A DNA stretch of 24,000 bases from Acaryochloris marina S15. Lineage in GTDB: Bacteria; Cyanobacteriota; Cyanobacteriia; Thermosynechococcales; Thermosynechococcaceae. The notes under the pieces were generated by a model, which searched no databases, was not told where the DNA came from, and saw nothing but the letters and a program-made list of their open reading frames with translations. The translations under genes were made by a program, and so were the position numbers. Below, piece by piece: positions 1 through 8,385 of the stretch. Position 1 is the stretch's first letter, and each line of letters begins with the position of its first letter. The stretch lies in the NCBI RefSeq assembly GCF_018336915.1, contig NZ_CP064923.1, positions 5,552,268-5,576,267 on the forward strand. The letters run 5' to 3'.

Positions 1-314
1 GCTTGTGTCAGTAGGAAATACATTTTGGGAATGCTCTTGACTCACATTTTCCAAATGGTCCGAATAGCTAGACATAGCGGTGTACCTAATAAGAGGTAAA
101 TGCCTAAGGCTTGTAGCCCATTGACATTGTGTACATTGAGTTCGGGCAAATGAAAAATTTGGATTATTAGTGTGGTGGCATCCTAAGCTTTTGGGCACCA
201 CACTTCTGCATCTAAAGTTACGGATATATCGAAGACTGAAGTTAGAGGCATCATGATACCGTGACAAACTCACCCTAGCCCCAAGACAACTGCTACGGAA
301 ATCCGTACCTCTTC

Positions 315-1103
315 TCAACTGGCGGCCTGATACGGGCAAAATCCTTGTTTACCAAACCCACAATAGGACTCACAGCGTTTATTCTGCCCCGGACGTTGTT
401 CGACCCACTCGCCTTTTTTATGGGTTGTCATCCAGTCCTGAGCTGTGGCTTCCGAGTGGCATACTTTGAGGGCTGATTGGCGGCCTTTTTTCATCACGGC
501 ATAGGTGGTTGGGGTTGCCCAACGTTCTTCCGGTGAGCACATTGAAGGTGGCGTATCACCTTGAGCCGCTTGGTGGAGCTGGATGCGATCTCGCATATAA
601 TCCAAAGACTCAGCCTCAGACCATAAGGGCACCTCAATCACTTCCACAGGTTTTAAGCCATCTCTTTCATGGCGTGGCCCCCAATCGCGAAGCAGGGCCA
701 CAATTTGCAGCTTCTTTATTGTTGAAAGATGGGGAATCCCTGAGCCATCAATGGCGTTTTCCAACAAAAATCGATAGACATTCAGCTGTCGATCCCATTC
801 CACTTTGCCCTCGGTCTTGGCAGATTTCACGGCCCATGAACTGGTGAATTTGTAATCCTGCAACAGGCCATCAGCGGTCACCACCAAATCCATATGACCC
901 GAAATCCGAAAGCCATCCACCTCAGCAATAGCCTCCGTTTCTACATGCTCTTCCTCTGCTGCAAACTCTTCCAAAATCGAATGCATCAGGGTGCCATACA
1001 GGGGCCACAGTCGTTCTGATATATCTTCTTCTAGCTGATCACTGTATTGACGTCTCAACCAGGCAATTAGCGGCGCATCGATCAACTGGGTACAAGATAG
1101 ATC
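315..1103 (-). pseudogene. PD-(D/E)XK (Cas4/RecB-like) nuclease, 3' portion of a gene split by an IS insertion
   Basis: The 256-aa ORF (track 315..1085, TTG start) carries the motifs GHMDLVV (Asp), LQDYKFTS (D-x-K) and QLNVYRFLL (QxxxY). A C-terminal Cys cluster (CESYCGFGKQGFCPY) is typical of Cas4-type Fe-S nucleases. The frame stays open upstream to 1103 (DLSCTQ...) and stops only inside the IS end. The missing N-terminus lies at 2867..2961. Confidence 0.75.
1096..1103. repeat. Target-site duplication GATAGATC, left copy
   Basis: The same 8-mer abuts both IS ends (1096-1103 and 2867-2874). Keeping a single copy restores the nuclease reading frame. Confidence 0.8.
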
Positions 1104-2866
1104 CTACATTCAGCAGGCTAGCTAGCAGAGCAGATAATATTTTTTACAGCCCTTCCCAAGGAACGGCAAGATAAGTTGCTGCCTGCTGTTGAGCTTGATG
1201 AGATGCTTGGCACCATCAAGCCAAACTAAATGGACGGCCTGAAAGCATTGGAGAATCCAACGTAACGTAGGTTTCATAGTTTGTTTCCCCTTCTGATTAG
1301 GGAGAGTTGTTTGTACTTGTTCTAGTGCATTTCTTAACTGTCGTTGTCCTAAGCTGTAGACCATCAAACACAAGGCCATGATCATGGCTAAGGCAGCGAT
1401 ACGCCGAGGTGTCTTCAGGAAAACACTAGAGGCAAAGAAGAGTGGATCTTTGATAAAGCGAAAGCCTCCTTCACACGCCTGCTGGTTCTTATACTCGCGC
1501 AGAATATCATCATTGCTCCATTGCTCTTGTTCCAAGAGATTGGTGGCTAAGATGAAACGACCTGCTTGCCGCCGATAGCGTTCGATGACTGGCTCATTGA
1601 GGGTTAAGGTAGCCTCAATAGAATAGGTGTAGTGAGTCACAACCGTTGCTTTTGTCGGTCGTCCAGCCTTTGAATAATGAGGTTTTTTGTGGATTTTGAG
1701 ATCGTCAAGGGTGTGATACCTGAGGATTTTGCCAAAATCTTGGGCTGCAGCTAAAGCATCTGCAGGGCACAAGAAGGTCTGTTTGCAGAGGGTTTTAAGT
1801 GCAGTAGTTTTTTGGCTAAACGCCTGATCAATCCGCTTTTGCACTTGTTTGAGTCCAGAGTCTCTGCGAGCTTTACTTTCAACCACCAGCCACCGTTGTT
1901 GAATCTCTCCATAGGTACTACATACTTCGACAAAGCTATAGCCGTTGAGAGCACTGGGGTGAAACTGTGAACCCGGCAGCCCTTGTAATAAGTCTTGGGC
2001 TGCCGTTGAACTTGCTGGAACTCGGCTAATCCAAGATGTACTTCCTAATGCTTGCAGATTGTCGGCACTGTAGAGGGCACTATCAGCAACAATCACCTCT
2101 GGCTGTTGCTGACTCCACTGTTGCTTAAATTCATGGATGATAGGCACAAACGTACTTTTGTCCGCATCATTACCGTTGCCCACTTGTAAAAATAAAGGAA
2201 TACCCCCGTCCCCACTCACCAGTAGGTTCAATACAAACTGCTTGAGATCACGACGATTGTCCCGTGAGTAGCCGTAGGTGATTTTCACGGGTATCGGCTC
2301 CTCTGATTCAGCCAGTGCAGGGGAGGGGGACTCAGGTGCAGAGGGGGATTCGTCTGACGCCTCAACCTGTGGTTTATCTAAGTATTGCCCCTCAACACTA
2401 AGGCTTGTCGCATCTAGATGCGCACACCTTAGAGCTACATCGAATTTCTGAACGACTGCCATTGCCACATGGATAAATATCTGGGTCACACCATAGGCAT
2501 AGAGCTTGTCGAGGACTCGACCGATACGGGTATCGTTGAGGTGCTCTGGCAGTACACCTTGACCGAGTAAGTGCTCGGTTGCTTTGCTTTCGAAAAACTC
2601 ACTAAATAAGTACAATGGAGCACTCAAAAAGCCCATACCATTTAGAATCAGGGCTTTGACAACTTGACCACAACTAACATTCTCTTGCTCGTGAGTACCT
2701 AATAATCGATCCACTATTTCGACAATGCCGATCTCATCGACGATACCGGCAATAATACCGAGATGGTCAATATCCTGAACGTCTATCTCTTGAGGTGAAT
2801 ACATGGACTTGCGTTGAGAGACAACCTCAAAATTATCCCTTGATGGTTAGTACCTGCTGAATGTCG
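1104..2866 (-). mobile_element. IS1634-family (IS4 superfamily) insertion sequence, 1763 bp
   Basis: It holds a single 560-aa DDE transposase ORF. The terminal inverted repeats are CCTGCTGAATGTCG (2853-2866) and the reverse complement of 1104-1117 (CCTGCTGAATGTAG), 13/14 identical. It is flanked by the 8-bp direct repeat GATAGATC and interrupts a host gene. Confidence 0.85.
1122..2804 (-). CDS. IS1634-family transposase with DUF4277-like N-terminus
   Basis: The 560-aa ORF has the N-terminus MYSPQEIDVQDIDHLGIIAGIVDEIGIVEIVD, which matches the DUF4277 region of IS1634-family transposases. Its long DDE-type body sits between the IS inverted repeats. Confidence 0.9.
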   Translation of the reverse strand: MYSPQEIDVQDIDHLGIIAGIVDEIGIVEIVDRLLGTHEQENVSCGQVVKALILNGMGFLSAPLYLFSEFFESKATEHLLGQGVLPEHLNDTRIGRVLDKLYAYGVTQIFIHVAMAVVQKFDVALRCAHLDATSLSVEGQYLDKPQVEASDESPSAPESPSPALAESEEPIPVKITYGYSRDNRRDLKQFVLNLLVSGDGGIPLFLQVGNGNDADKSTFVPIIHEFKQQWSQQQPEVIVADSALYSADNLQALGSTSWISRVPASSTAAQDLLQGLPGSQFHPSALNGYSFVEVCSTYGEIQQRWLVVESKARRDSGLKQVQKRIDQAFSQKTTALKTLCKQTFLCPADALAAAQDFGKILRYHTLDDLKIHKKPHYSKAGRPTKATVVTHYTYSIEATLTLNEPVIERYRRQAGRFILATNLLEQEQWSNDDILREYKNQQACEGGFRFIKDPLFFASSVFLKTPRRIAALAMIMALCLMVYSLGQRQLRNALEQVQTTLPNQKGKQTMKPTLRWILQCFQAVHLVWLDGAKHLIKLNSRQQLILPFLGKGCKKYYLLC

Positions 2867-2874
2867 GATAGATC
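2867..2874. repeat. Target-site duplication GATAGATC, right copy
   Basis: This is the direct repeat of 1096-1103, immediately outside the IS inverted repeat. Confidence 0.8.
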
Positions 2875-2961
2875 TGCCTTCCCCACAGAATGATGAGCAT
2901 TTTGCCACTCCACAGCCCGATATAAGGGCATGGGCAAATTCAACTTGTTGGTGAGTTTCAT
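2867..2961 (-). pseudogene. 5' fragment of the IS-split PD-(D/E)XK nuclease gene
   Basis: ATG at 2961 (minus strand) reads MKLTNKLNLPMPLYRAVEWQNAHHSVGKADLS up to the IS boundary. Joining 2875 to 1103 continues in frame as ...GKADLSCTQLIDAPLIAWLRRQY. Confidence 0.7.
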
Positions 2962-3087
2962 TTAATAGGTATAAGAATGTTAGGTGTATTGCGTGAAGGC
3001 AAATCGCCACTATTGTAAGGTTGAAAGTCGGATAGACGAATCGGTCAACGACGACCGAACCAAAGCCTGAGCATCTCAGCAAGGTAA

Positions 3088-3906
3088 GTGATGACGATGA
3101 AAATTAGTGAACTGATTGAGTGGTTTGAAAGCTGGGCTAACCCGTCCTGGCAGGAGAAGTGGGATAACTGTGGTTGGCAGATTGAACCGGGGATTTTGGA
3201 TCAACCGGCTCGGGTACTGGTCTGTTTAACGCCAACCTTAGCGGTGATGGAAGAAGCGATCGCACTTCAGCAGCAGAACACACCTATTAATTTAATTTTT
3301 GCCCATCATCCCTTAATTTTTGGCCCTCTGAAGTCAGTACAAAAGGGCGATTCCATTGGCGATATGGTTCGCCTCTCCATCACTCATCAGATTGGGGTTT
3401 ACAGTGCCCATACCAATTTTGATCAAGTCGCAGATGGCACAGCAGATGTATTGTCTCAACTCTTAGAGCTGCAAAATGCCGAACCCGTAGAACCAACCCA
3501 AGATGGCCTGGGATACGGTCGCGTCGGCAATCTTAAACCCGCTCTAACACTGCAACAGCTCCTCGCCAACATTCAAGCTACTCTGAAGCCTACCGATTTA
3601 TTGGTATCACCCACAGCAGATCGACAGCAGTCTATTGAACGGGTCGCAGTACTCGGAGGGTCTGGAGCTAGCTATATCTCAGCCGTGAGCCAAACAGGTG
3701 CCCAGGCATATCTGACTTCGGACTGTAAGTTTCATCAATTTCAAGAGAGTCGCGATCGCAACCTGATTCTGATTGATGCTGGACATTATGCGACAGAGCG
3801 GCCTGCCTGTGAACGCTTAGCCCAAAAATTTACCAACAAGGGAGTGGAATGGGCGCAACTGAGCCAGTCAGACGAAGATTTCCGCAATTTTTGGGCTGCC
3901 AACTAG
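3088..3906 (+). CDS. NIF3/YbgI-family dinuclear-metal protein (GTP cyclohydrolase 1 type 2 homologue)
   Basis: The 272-aa ORF carries the family motifs FAHHPLIF, SAHTNFD and DAGHYATE. The start is ambiguous: GTG 3088, ATG 3091 or ATG 3097. Confidence 0.85.
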   Translation: MMTMKISELIEWFESWANPSWQEKWDNCGWQIEPGILDQPARVLVCLTPTLAVMEEAIALQQQNTPINLIFAHHPLIFGPLKSVQKGDSIGDMVRLSITHQIGVYSAHTNFDQVADGTADVLSQLLELQNAEPVEPTQDGLGYGRVGNLKPALTLQQLLANIQATLKPTDLLVSPTADRQQSIERVAVLGGSGASYISAVSQTGAQAYLTSDCKFHQFQESRDRNLILIDAGHYATERPACERLAQKFTNKGVEWAQLSQSDEDFRNFWAAN

Positions 3907-3939
3907 AAGGACCAACAATACAACTGCCACAGTTTTGAG

Positions 3940-4395
3940 ATGAAACAGGTTTGCCAAATTTATAGGCAACTCCCTACAAAACTCACCAACAGCATTGAGA
4001 TAGTCGGTATCGTCATTGGGCTGTTGATGATGGTGATACTGGCAAACATAGCTGCAGATGGTTCGGTATTGGCCTTGATCATCTTGTCTCTCGTTACCCT
4101 GGCCCTTATCAGCGCTCAGCCTCTCCAGCATTGGCAGAAACGACGACATGCCCAAAAGCAGTACAAACTGCGTCAGAAAAGGGTTGATCAGCTACTGGCA
4201 GGACGATCCCGAGCAGACATTTTGAAGGCATCACCTTTCAGTTATGGTCGTTGGCCCGATGGTGACGACACTTACGTAATTGATGATCGGAGGATAGGTA
4301 AGATTATTCACCAAGTCTGGAGTCCAGCAGAAGCAGAGTTATGGATCTTAGAGCAAACGTTACATGAAGAAGAAAACGGCGACGAAAGAAAATAA
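3940..4395 (+). CDS. Hypothetical small membrane protein
   Basis: The 151-aa ATG-started ORF has two hydrophobic segments (IVGIVIGLLMMVILANI and VLALIILSLVTLALI) followed by a charged soluble tail. I recognise no family. Confidence 0.5.
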   Translation: MKQVCQIYRQLPTKLTNSIEIVGIVIGLLMMVILANIAADGSVLALIILSLVTLALISAQPLQHWQKRRHAQKQYKLRQKRVDQLLAGRSRADILKASPFSYGRWPDGDDTYVIDDRRIGKIIHQVWSPAEAELWILEQTLHEEENGDERK

Positions 4396-4683
4396 GCACA
4401 CCACGCCTATACAGTTGATTCAACGTTGCTAATACCAATAAGCATCAAAAAGTGTAATTTTGATTTGCTATGAAACTTTGCCAACAAAGGGTTTTACAAA
4501 TTTTATGATTACGCTTTTAGGCTCAAATTGGTATAACCTCAACCTTGATGGATTCAACCCTAGTTCCTTCAATTGGGCTATCACTGCCATACCGTCATCA
4601 GAGATAGGCTCAATCAACTTACCCATACATTCAAGTTTGTTGACCCCGCTTCTGAGCTAAGCTAGTAATGCTTATACACCGCT

Positions 4684-4710
4684 CGACGACATATATCGGT
4701 CGTCGTTTAT
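4684..4710 (+). terminator. Hairpin plus T-rich tract about 20 nt upstream of the hisD start
   Basis: CGACGAC (4684-4690) pairs with GTCGTCG (4699-4705) around an 8-nt loop and is followed by TTTATTGATTT. It could terminate an upstream transcript or act as a leader structure. Confidence 0.35.
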
Positions 4711-4730
4711 TGATTTAAAGGAGACAGCAC

Positions 4731-6038
4731 GTGGTCAGGATTCTCCGGTTGTCAGAGATGACATCTGAAGAACTCGCTTCCATCAAACGACGGGCCGAGT
4801 TAGATATTGAACAGGCGCTAGCTGTCGCCAAAGAAGTCATTGACGAGATTCGCGCTGACGGTGATCAGGGCGTGATCAAATACGTCCGCAAATTTGATTT
4901 TCCCGGTGCCACAACCGAAAATCTGAAAGTGACCGAAGCCGAATTTGCCGTTGCCCGCGAGCAAGTCGAGCCCGAAATCAAAGCCGCGATTGAGCAAGCC
5001 TATCGCAACATCAAAGAAGTGCACGAACGGCAAATGCCAGAAGAAGTGCAGCTTGCCGAAATCGATGGCGGCGTCTTTGCTGGGGAAAAAGTCACCCCTA
5101 TTGCCAGTGCTGGACTATATGTGCCTCGGGGTAAAGGCTCCTTTCCCTCAGTGATGCTGATGCTCAGCGTGCCAGCGGTCGTAGCCGGAGTGGAAAGAAT
5201 TGTTGTCTGTACACCACCGGACAAAAACGGCACCGTAGAGCCTGCCTCTCTTGTCGCAGCTGAACTGGCAGGCGTGAAAGATGTATACAAATTAGGCGGC
5301 ATCCAAGCAATCGCAGGCATGGCGATCGGTACTGACACAGTACCCAAAGTCGATAAAATCACTGGACCTTGCAACGTCTATGGCTCCGCCGCCAAGCGCC
5401 TGCTCTACGGCACCGTTGATGTTGGCTTACCCGCTGGTCCTAGTGAATCGATTATTCTTACGGACGAAACCACTGACCCCCGGATTGCAGCCTTAGATCT
5501 GCTGGTAGAAGCAGAGCATGGTCCCGACTCGGCAGGCTTACTGGTTACCCACAGCGAAGACCTAGCCAAGGCCGCGTCCAAACATGCAGACGACTATATG
5601 CAGCAGTTGCCTGAATGGCGCAAAAACTTCTGTCAGAAGGGCCTGTCTTCTTATGGCGGTATTATTCTCACCTCCAGCCTGGAAGAATCGATTGATTTCC
5701 TCAACGATTATGCCCCTGAGCATTTAGAAGTTCTGGTACAAGACCCCCTCAGCGTTCTCGGCAAAATCAAGAATGCTGGTGAAATTCTCCTCGGTCCCTA
5801 TACCCCCATTCCAACGGCCAACTACTGCATTGGCGTCAACGCCATTCTGCCTACGGGAGGCTTTGCTCGCTCCTACTCGGCGGTATCGGTATACGACTTT
5901 CTCAAGCGCACTGGCATTGGTTATTTAACAAAAGAAGGCTTTGATCGCTTGGGCCATACGGCTCAAACCTTGGCGGAGCATGAAGACTTCCCGGCCCATG
6001 CCATGGCCATTCGTGAGCGTAAGAACCTGCTCCCGTAA
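4731..6038 (+). CDS. hisD: Histidinol dehydrogenase
   Basis: The 435-aa ORF starts at GTG with an AAAGGAG Shine-Dalgarno upstream. It shows full-length HisD features such as GPCNVYG, EAEHGPDS and a YAPEHLE-type segment. Confidence 0.95.
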   Translation: MVRILRLSEMTSEELASIKRRAELDIEQALAVAKEVIDEIRADGDQGVIKYVRKFDFPGATTENLKVTEAEFAVAREQVEPEIKAAIEQAYRNIKEVHERQMPEEVQLAEIDGGVFAGEKVTPIASAGLYVPRGKGSFPSVMLMLSVPAVVAGVERIVVCTPPDKNGTVEPASLVAAELAGVKDVYKLGGIQAIAGMAIGTDTVPKVDKITGPCNVYGSAAKRLLYGTVDVGLPAGPSESIILTDETTDPRIAALDLLVEAEHGPDSAGLLVTHSEDLAKAASKHADDYMQQLPEWRKNFCQKGLSSYGGIILTSSLEESIDFLNDYAPEHLEVLVQDPLSVLGKIKNAGEILLGPYTPIPTANYCIGVNAILPTGGFARSYSAVSVYDFLKRTGIGYLTKEGFDRLGHTAQTLAEHEDFPAHAMAIRERKNLLP

Positions 6039-6057
6039 GGGGCGGTGGAGGGTTACC

Positions 6058-7281
6058 GTGTCCGATCAACTCCTGTATCAGATTCAGACGTTACAGTTTT
6101 CTGATCAGGCAGCGGCGAATGCCCTGCTGAAGGACTTCGTCAATGACAATTTCCCTTTCAATGTGGAGCAGGTACAGGTACGTCCTTCGGCGGTATCCCT
6201 TAACTCCATTAATGGATTTCTGCATACCGTGGAAGGAGACAAACTGTTCTTCAAAACCCACGTTGAACCCCAAAGCCTGATTCATGAGTATTACAACTCC
6301 ACGATCATGGCAGAGGCAGGCTATCCCATTATTCAGCCCATTTTTAGCTCAACAGAATGGGGTAAGCAGCTGCTGGTCTATGAGTTTTTTGAATCCCCAT
6401 CTCTGTTTGATGTGGCTCGTCAGATTGAAACGGGACAGCGAGGCGGAGCTGACCAGATTATTGCCCTGCAGGAAAAAGCAGACCAAGACCTGTGGGCCAT
6501 CTATCAGCAAACCCTGCAGCCTTTATCAGCCGAAGACCATGCCGAAGTCCCCATTCACCAACTGTTTGTCCATCGCCTAGTCGGAGGACGATATCACGAG
6601 TTTTACGCAGGCAAAGAAGTCAAGCTACCAGAACACACCCTGAACTTTGACCCACTCGCTCAACTAACCTGGCAGATTAATGGCATACCTTACCAAGACA
6701 CCCTAGCTGACATTATTCAAACAGCCAGTCAAAAGCTTGTCCCAACCTCTACTCCCTCTGTTGTCGGTCATGGTGATGCTCATAATGGCAATGTGTTCGT
6801 AGATGAAGACGCAGAAACCCTGATCTATTTTGATCCTGCCTTTGCCGGACGGCATTCACCCTTTTTAGATCTAACGAAGCCGATCTTCCATAACGTATTT
6901 GCGATTTGGCTGTATTTCCCCCAAGAGATCGCCAAAGACCTATCCATTAACTTAGAGATCTCAGCAGACCAGATCCAAGTGGATCATGATTTTCGACCAT
7001 CAGCTATACGTCTAAGATTCCTGCAATCAAAGCTCATGCATGTACTCCAGCCCTTGCTTGAGCGCCTAAAAGCTTCTGGTCAACTCCCTGAAACCTGGCG
7101 ACAGGAACTCAAGTTGGCACTGTTTTGCTGTCCTTTTTTAACCATGAACCTCTGCGATACCCAACGCTTTCCGCCAGAAATTACGCTACTGGGCTTATCC
7201 CTAGCAGTAGAAATGGGCAGTTCTAGCACCTCCCAGAACCAGAGCATTTTAGATACTGCCCTGGACCAACTCAACATATAA
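6058..7281 (+). CDS. Protein-kinase-like fold phosphotransferase (APH/choline-kinase-type)
   Basis: The track ORF is trimmed to GTG 6058, which has a GGAGGG Shine-Dalgarno 6 nt upstream; the longer form overlaps hisD. The catalytic-loop motif HGDAHNGNVF is followed by IYFDPAFAG, a DFG-equivalent Asp. Confidence 0.75.
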   Translation: MSDQLLYQIQTLQFSDQAAANALLKDFVNDNFPFNVEQVQVRPSAVSLNSINGFLHTVEGDKLFFKTHVEPQSLIHEYYNSTIMAEAGYPIIQPIFSSTEWGKQLLVYEFFESPSLFDVARQIETGQRGGADQIIALQEKADQDLWAIYQQTLQPLSAEDHAEVPIHQLFVHRLVGGRYHEFYAGKEVKLPEHTLNFDPLAQLTWQINGIPYQDTLADIIQTASQKLVPTSTPSVVGHGDAHNGNVFVDEDAETLIYFDPAFAGRHSPFLDLTKPIFHNVFAIWLYFPQEIAKDLSINLEISADQIQVDHDFRPSAIRLRFLQSKLMHVLQPLLERLKASGQLPETWRQELKLALFCCPFLTMNLCDTQRFPPEITLLGLSLAVEMGSSSTSQNQSILDTALDQLNI

Positions 7282-7325
7282 GCCCTAAGTTAGGCTTCAA
7301 TTGGCCGTCAATTCGGAATCAACCC

Positions 7326-7883
7326 ATGCCGAAGTTTCCCAAGTTGCAGTGTAAGCGCGGCATTCTACGAATGGCAACAGAAGATGATATTGATGCCATC
7401 CTGAGGTATTTCATCGTTAATCAAGACCATTTAGCCCCCTTTGAGCCGATTAAACCGGTGGAGTTTTATACACCCAACTTTTGGCGGGTATTGATTCGCG
7501 ATCGCACCCATGCATTCCTCAACGATCAAGGCATCAAGTTCTTCCTGTTTGATCGGCACAATCCCCAGCAGATTATTGCGGCTATCAACTTCTCAAATGT
7601 AGTGCGAGGGGCATTTCAGTCCTGCACCTTAGGCTTTAGTATTGCCGACCAATATCAAGGTCAAGGCTATATGGCCGAGTCGATACCTGTTGCGATCGCA
7701 TACCTCTTCTCTGACCTCAACTTGCACCGGATTATGGCAGCCTATATGCCCCATAACCAACGTAGCGGCAGACTCCTCCGACGATTAGGCTTTCAACTGG
7801 AAGGATATGCCCCTAGATACCTCTGCATTAACGGGATATGGCAAGACCATATGCTCACTAGCCTCATCAACACTAATATTTAG
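7326..7883 (+). CDS. GNAT N-acetyltransferase, RimJ/RimL-like
   Basis: The 185-aa ORF carries the acetyl-CoA-binding-type motif QGQGYMAES and a C-terminal HNQRSGRLLRRLGFQLEG, both typical of RimJ/L-type GNATs. Confidence 0.85.
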   Translation: MPKFPKLQCKRGILRMATEDDIDAILRYFIVNQDHLAPFEPIKPVEFYTPNFWRVLIRDRTHAFLNDQGIKFFLFDRHNPQQIIAAINFSNVVRGAFQSCTLGFSIADQYQGQGYMAESIPVAIAYLFSDLNLHRIMAAYMPHNQRSGRLLRRLGFQLEGYAPRYLCINGIWQDHMLTSLINTNI

Positions 7884-7962
7884 ATTTTATTTAGATCCGG
7901 CAGTCACCAAACCGAAAAGGACGTGGGCACAATAAAGGTAGCTATTGTCATGGAAGTTCGAC

Positions 7963-7986
7963 GGGGGGCGCAAGCCCCTTTTTTTT
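7963..7986 (+). terminator. Intrinsic terminator
   Basis: GGGGC (7965-7969) pairs with GCCCC (7974-7978) around a GCAA tetraloop and is followed by eight T (7979-7986). Confidence 0.8.
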
Positions 7987-8294
7987 ATAGAATTAGACCA
8001 TAAACACAACTGAAAATCTTGTGAAGTTATTTTGAAGCGTCAAGCTCTCTACAACAAATTTTATTCTTTTGAAAGTTCAAAATAACTTCAACTATCTCTC
8101 ACGTAATTGAGATATTAGCCTTCACAAAATCTTGAGATTTTTCCTATCGTTTTGCTACACATGCGATAGAAACTACAGTTAGAAACCTTGGGATCTTTAT
8201 CCTCAAAGTTTTAAACAATAATTATTTAATATTTACTACAGAAAAGATGTCTGTTTCCATAAGAAATGGGGCATTATCTAATCAATTAGTCTCC

Positions 8295-8324
8295 AAATAA
8301 AAACCCAGCACGGGGGGTGCTGGG
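8295..8324 (-). terminator. Intrinsic terminator oriented for the minus strand
   Basis: CCCAGCAC (8304-8311) pairs with GTGCTGGG (8317-8324) around a 5-nt loop. On the minus strand the hairpin is followed by TTTTTATTT (complement of 8295-8303). No annotated minus-strand gene feeds it. Confidence 0.55.
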
Positions 8325-8343
8325 TCGATATGGGAGGTATTGG

Positions 8344-8385
8344 AACCCTCTGGATGAGTGAATGCATCGCATCCGAGGGTTTTTT
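8344..8385 (+). terminator. Intrinsic terminator oriented for the plus strand
   Basis: ACCCTC (8345-8350) pairs with GAGGGT (8375-8380). After one bulged T, GGATG (8352-8356) pairs with CATCC (8370-8374). T80-T85 follow. No annotated plus-strand gene ends here. Confidence 0.6.

Noticed and set aside
1-75. A possible partial minus-strand ORF starting at ATG 75 and running off the left edge (MSSYSDHLENVSQEHSQNVFPTDTS...).
   Set aside because: Only 25 codons are visible, with no Shine-Dalgarno and no recognisable motif. It cannot be supported from this window.
509-847. Antisense and shadow ORFs from the track: 509-847, 1378-1578, 1751-1954, 3868-4155, 4818-5033, 4945-5154, 5000-5374, 6091-6285, 6284-6580, 7080-7277, 8863-9177, 8876-9154, 9295-9510, 11591-11905, 12131-12322, 13464-13673, 13940-14128, 14157-14342, 14760-14960, 15429-15611, 15446-15673, 16724-16906, 18281-18676, 18384-18575, 19044-19268 and 23197-23385.
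   Set aside because: Each lies inside or opposite a longer ORF with clear family motifs. Their translations are low-complexity or Arg/Ser/Cys-rich, as expected for out-of-frame readings.
2783-3082. The 99-aa minus-strand ORF spanning the IS end and the region upstream of it.
   Set aside because: It reads across the IS inverted repeat in a frame different from the reconstructed nuclease N-terminus. The real coding signal here is the 32-codon fragment starting at 2961.
4460-4660. A 66-aa ORF between the small membrane protein gene and hisD.
   Set aside because: It has a TTG start without a Shine-Dalgarno and a Ser/Asn/Leu-rich sequence with no recognisable family. The downstream hairpin at 4684 is the only supporting feature.
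4678-4689. The exact 12-mer ACCGCTCGACGA, repeated at 4678-4689 and 23976-23987.
   Set aside because: About 17 same-strand 12-mer coincidences are expected by chance in 24 kb, and there is no flanking similarity.
5941-6057. The long N-terminal extensions of track ORFs 5941-7281 and 14059-15912.
   Set aside because: The extensions overlap the preceding genes (hisD and MOSC). Internal starts with a Shine-Dalgarno (GTG 6058) or the canonical family N-terminus (pyr[11 protein letters not shown] at 14248) fit better.
8014-8022. The 9-mer AAAATCTTG, occurring at 8014, 8126 and 10516 in the AT-rich tracts.
   Set aside because: It is a short AT-rich word within AT-rich DNA. It is not statistically compelling and has no extended flanking similarity that would indicate a repeat family.
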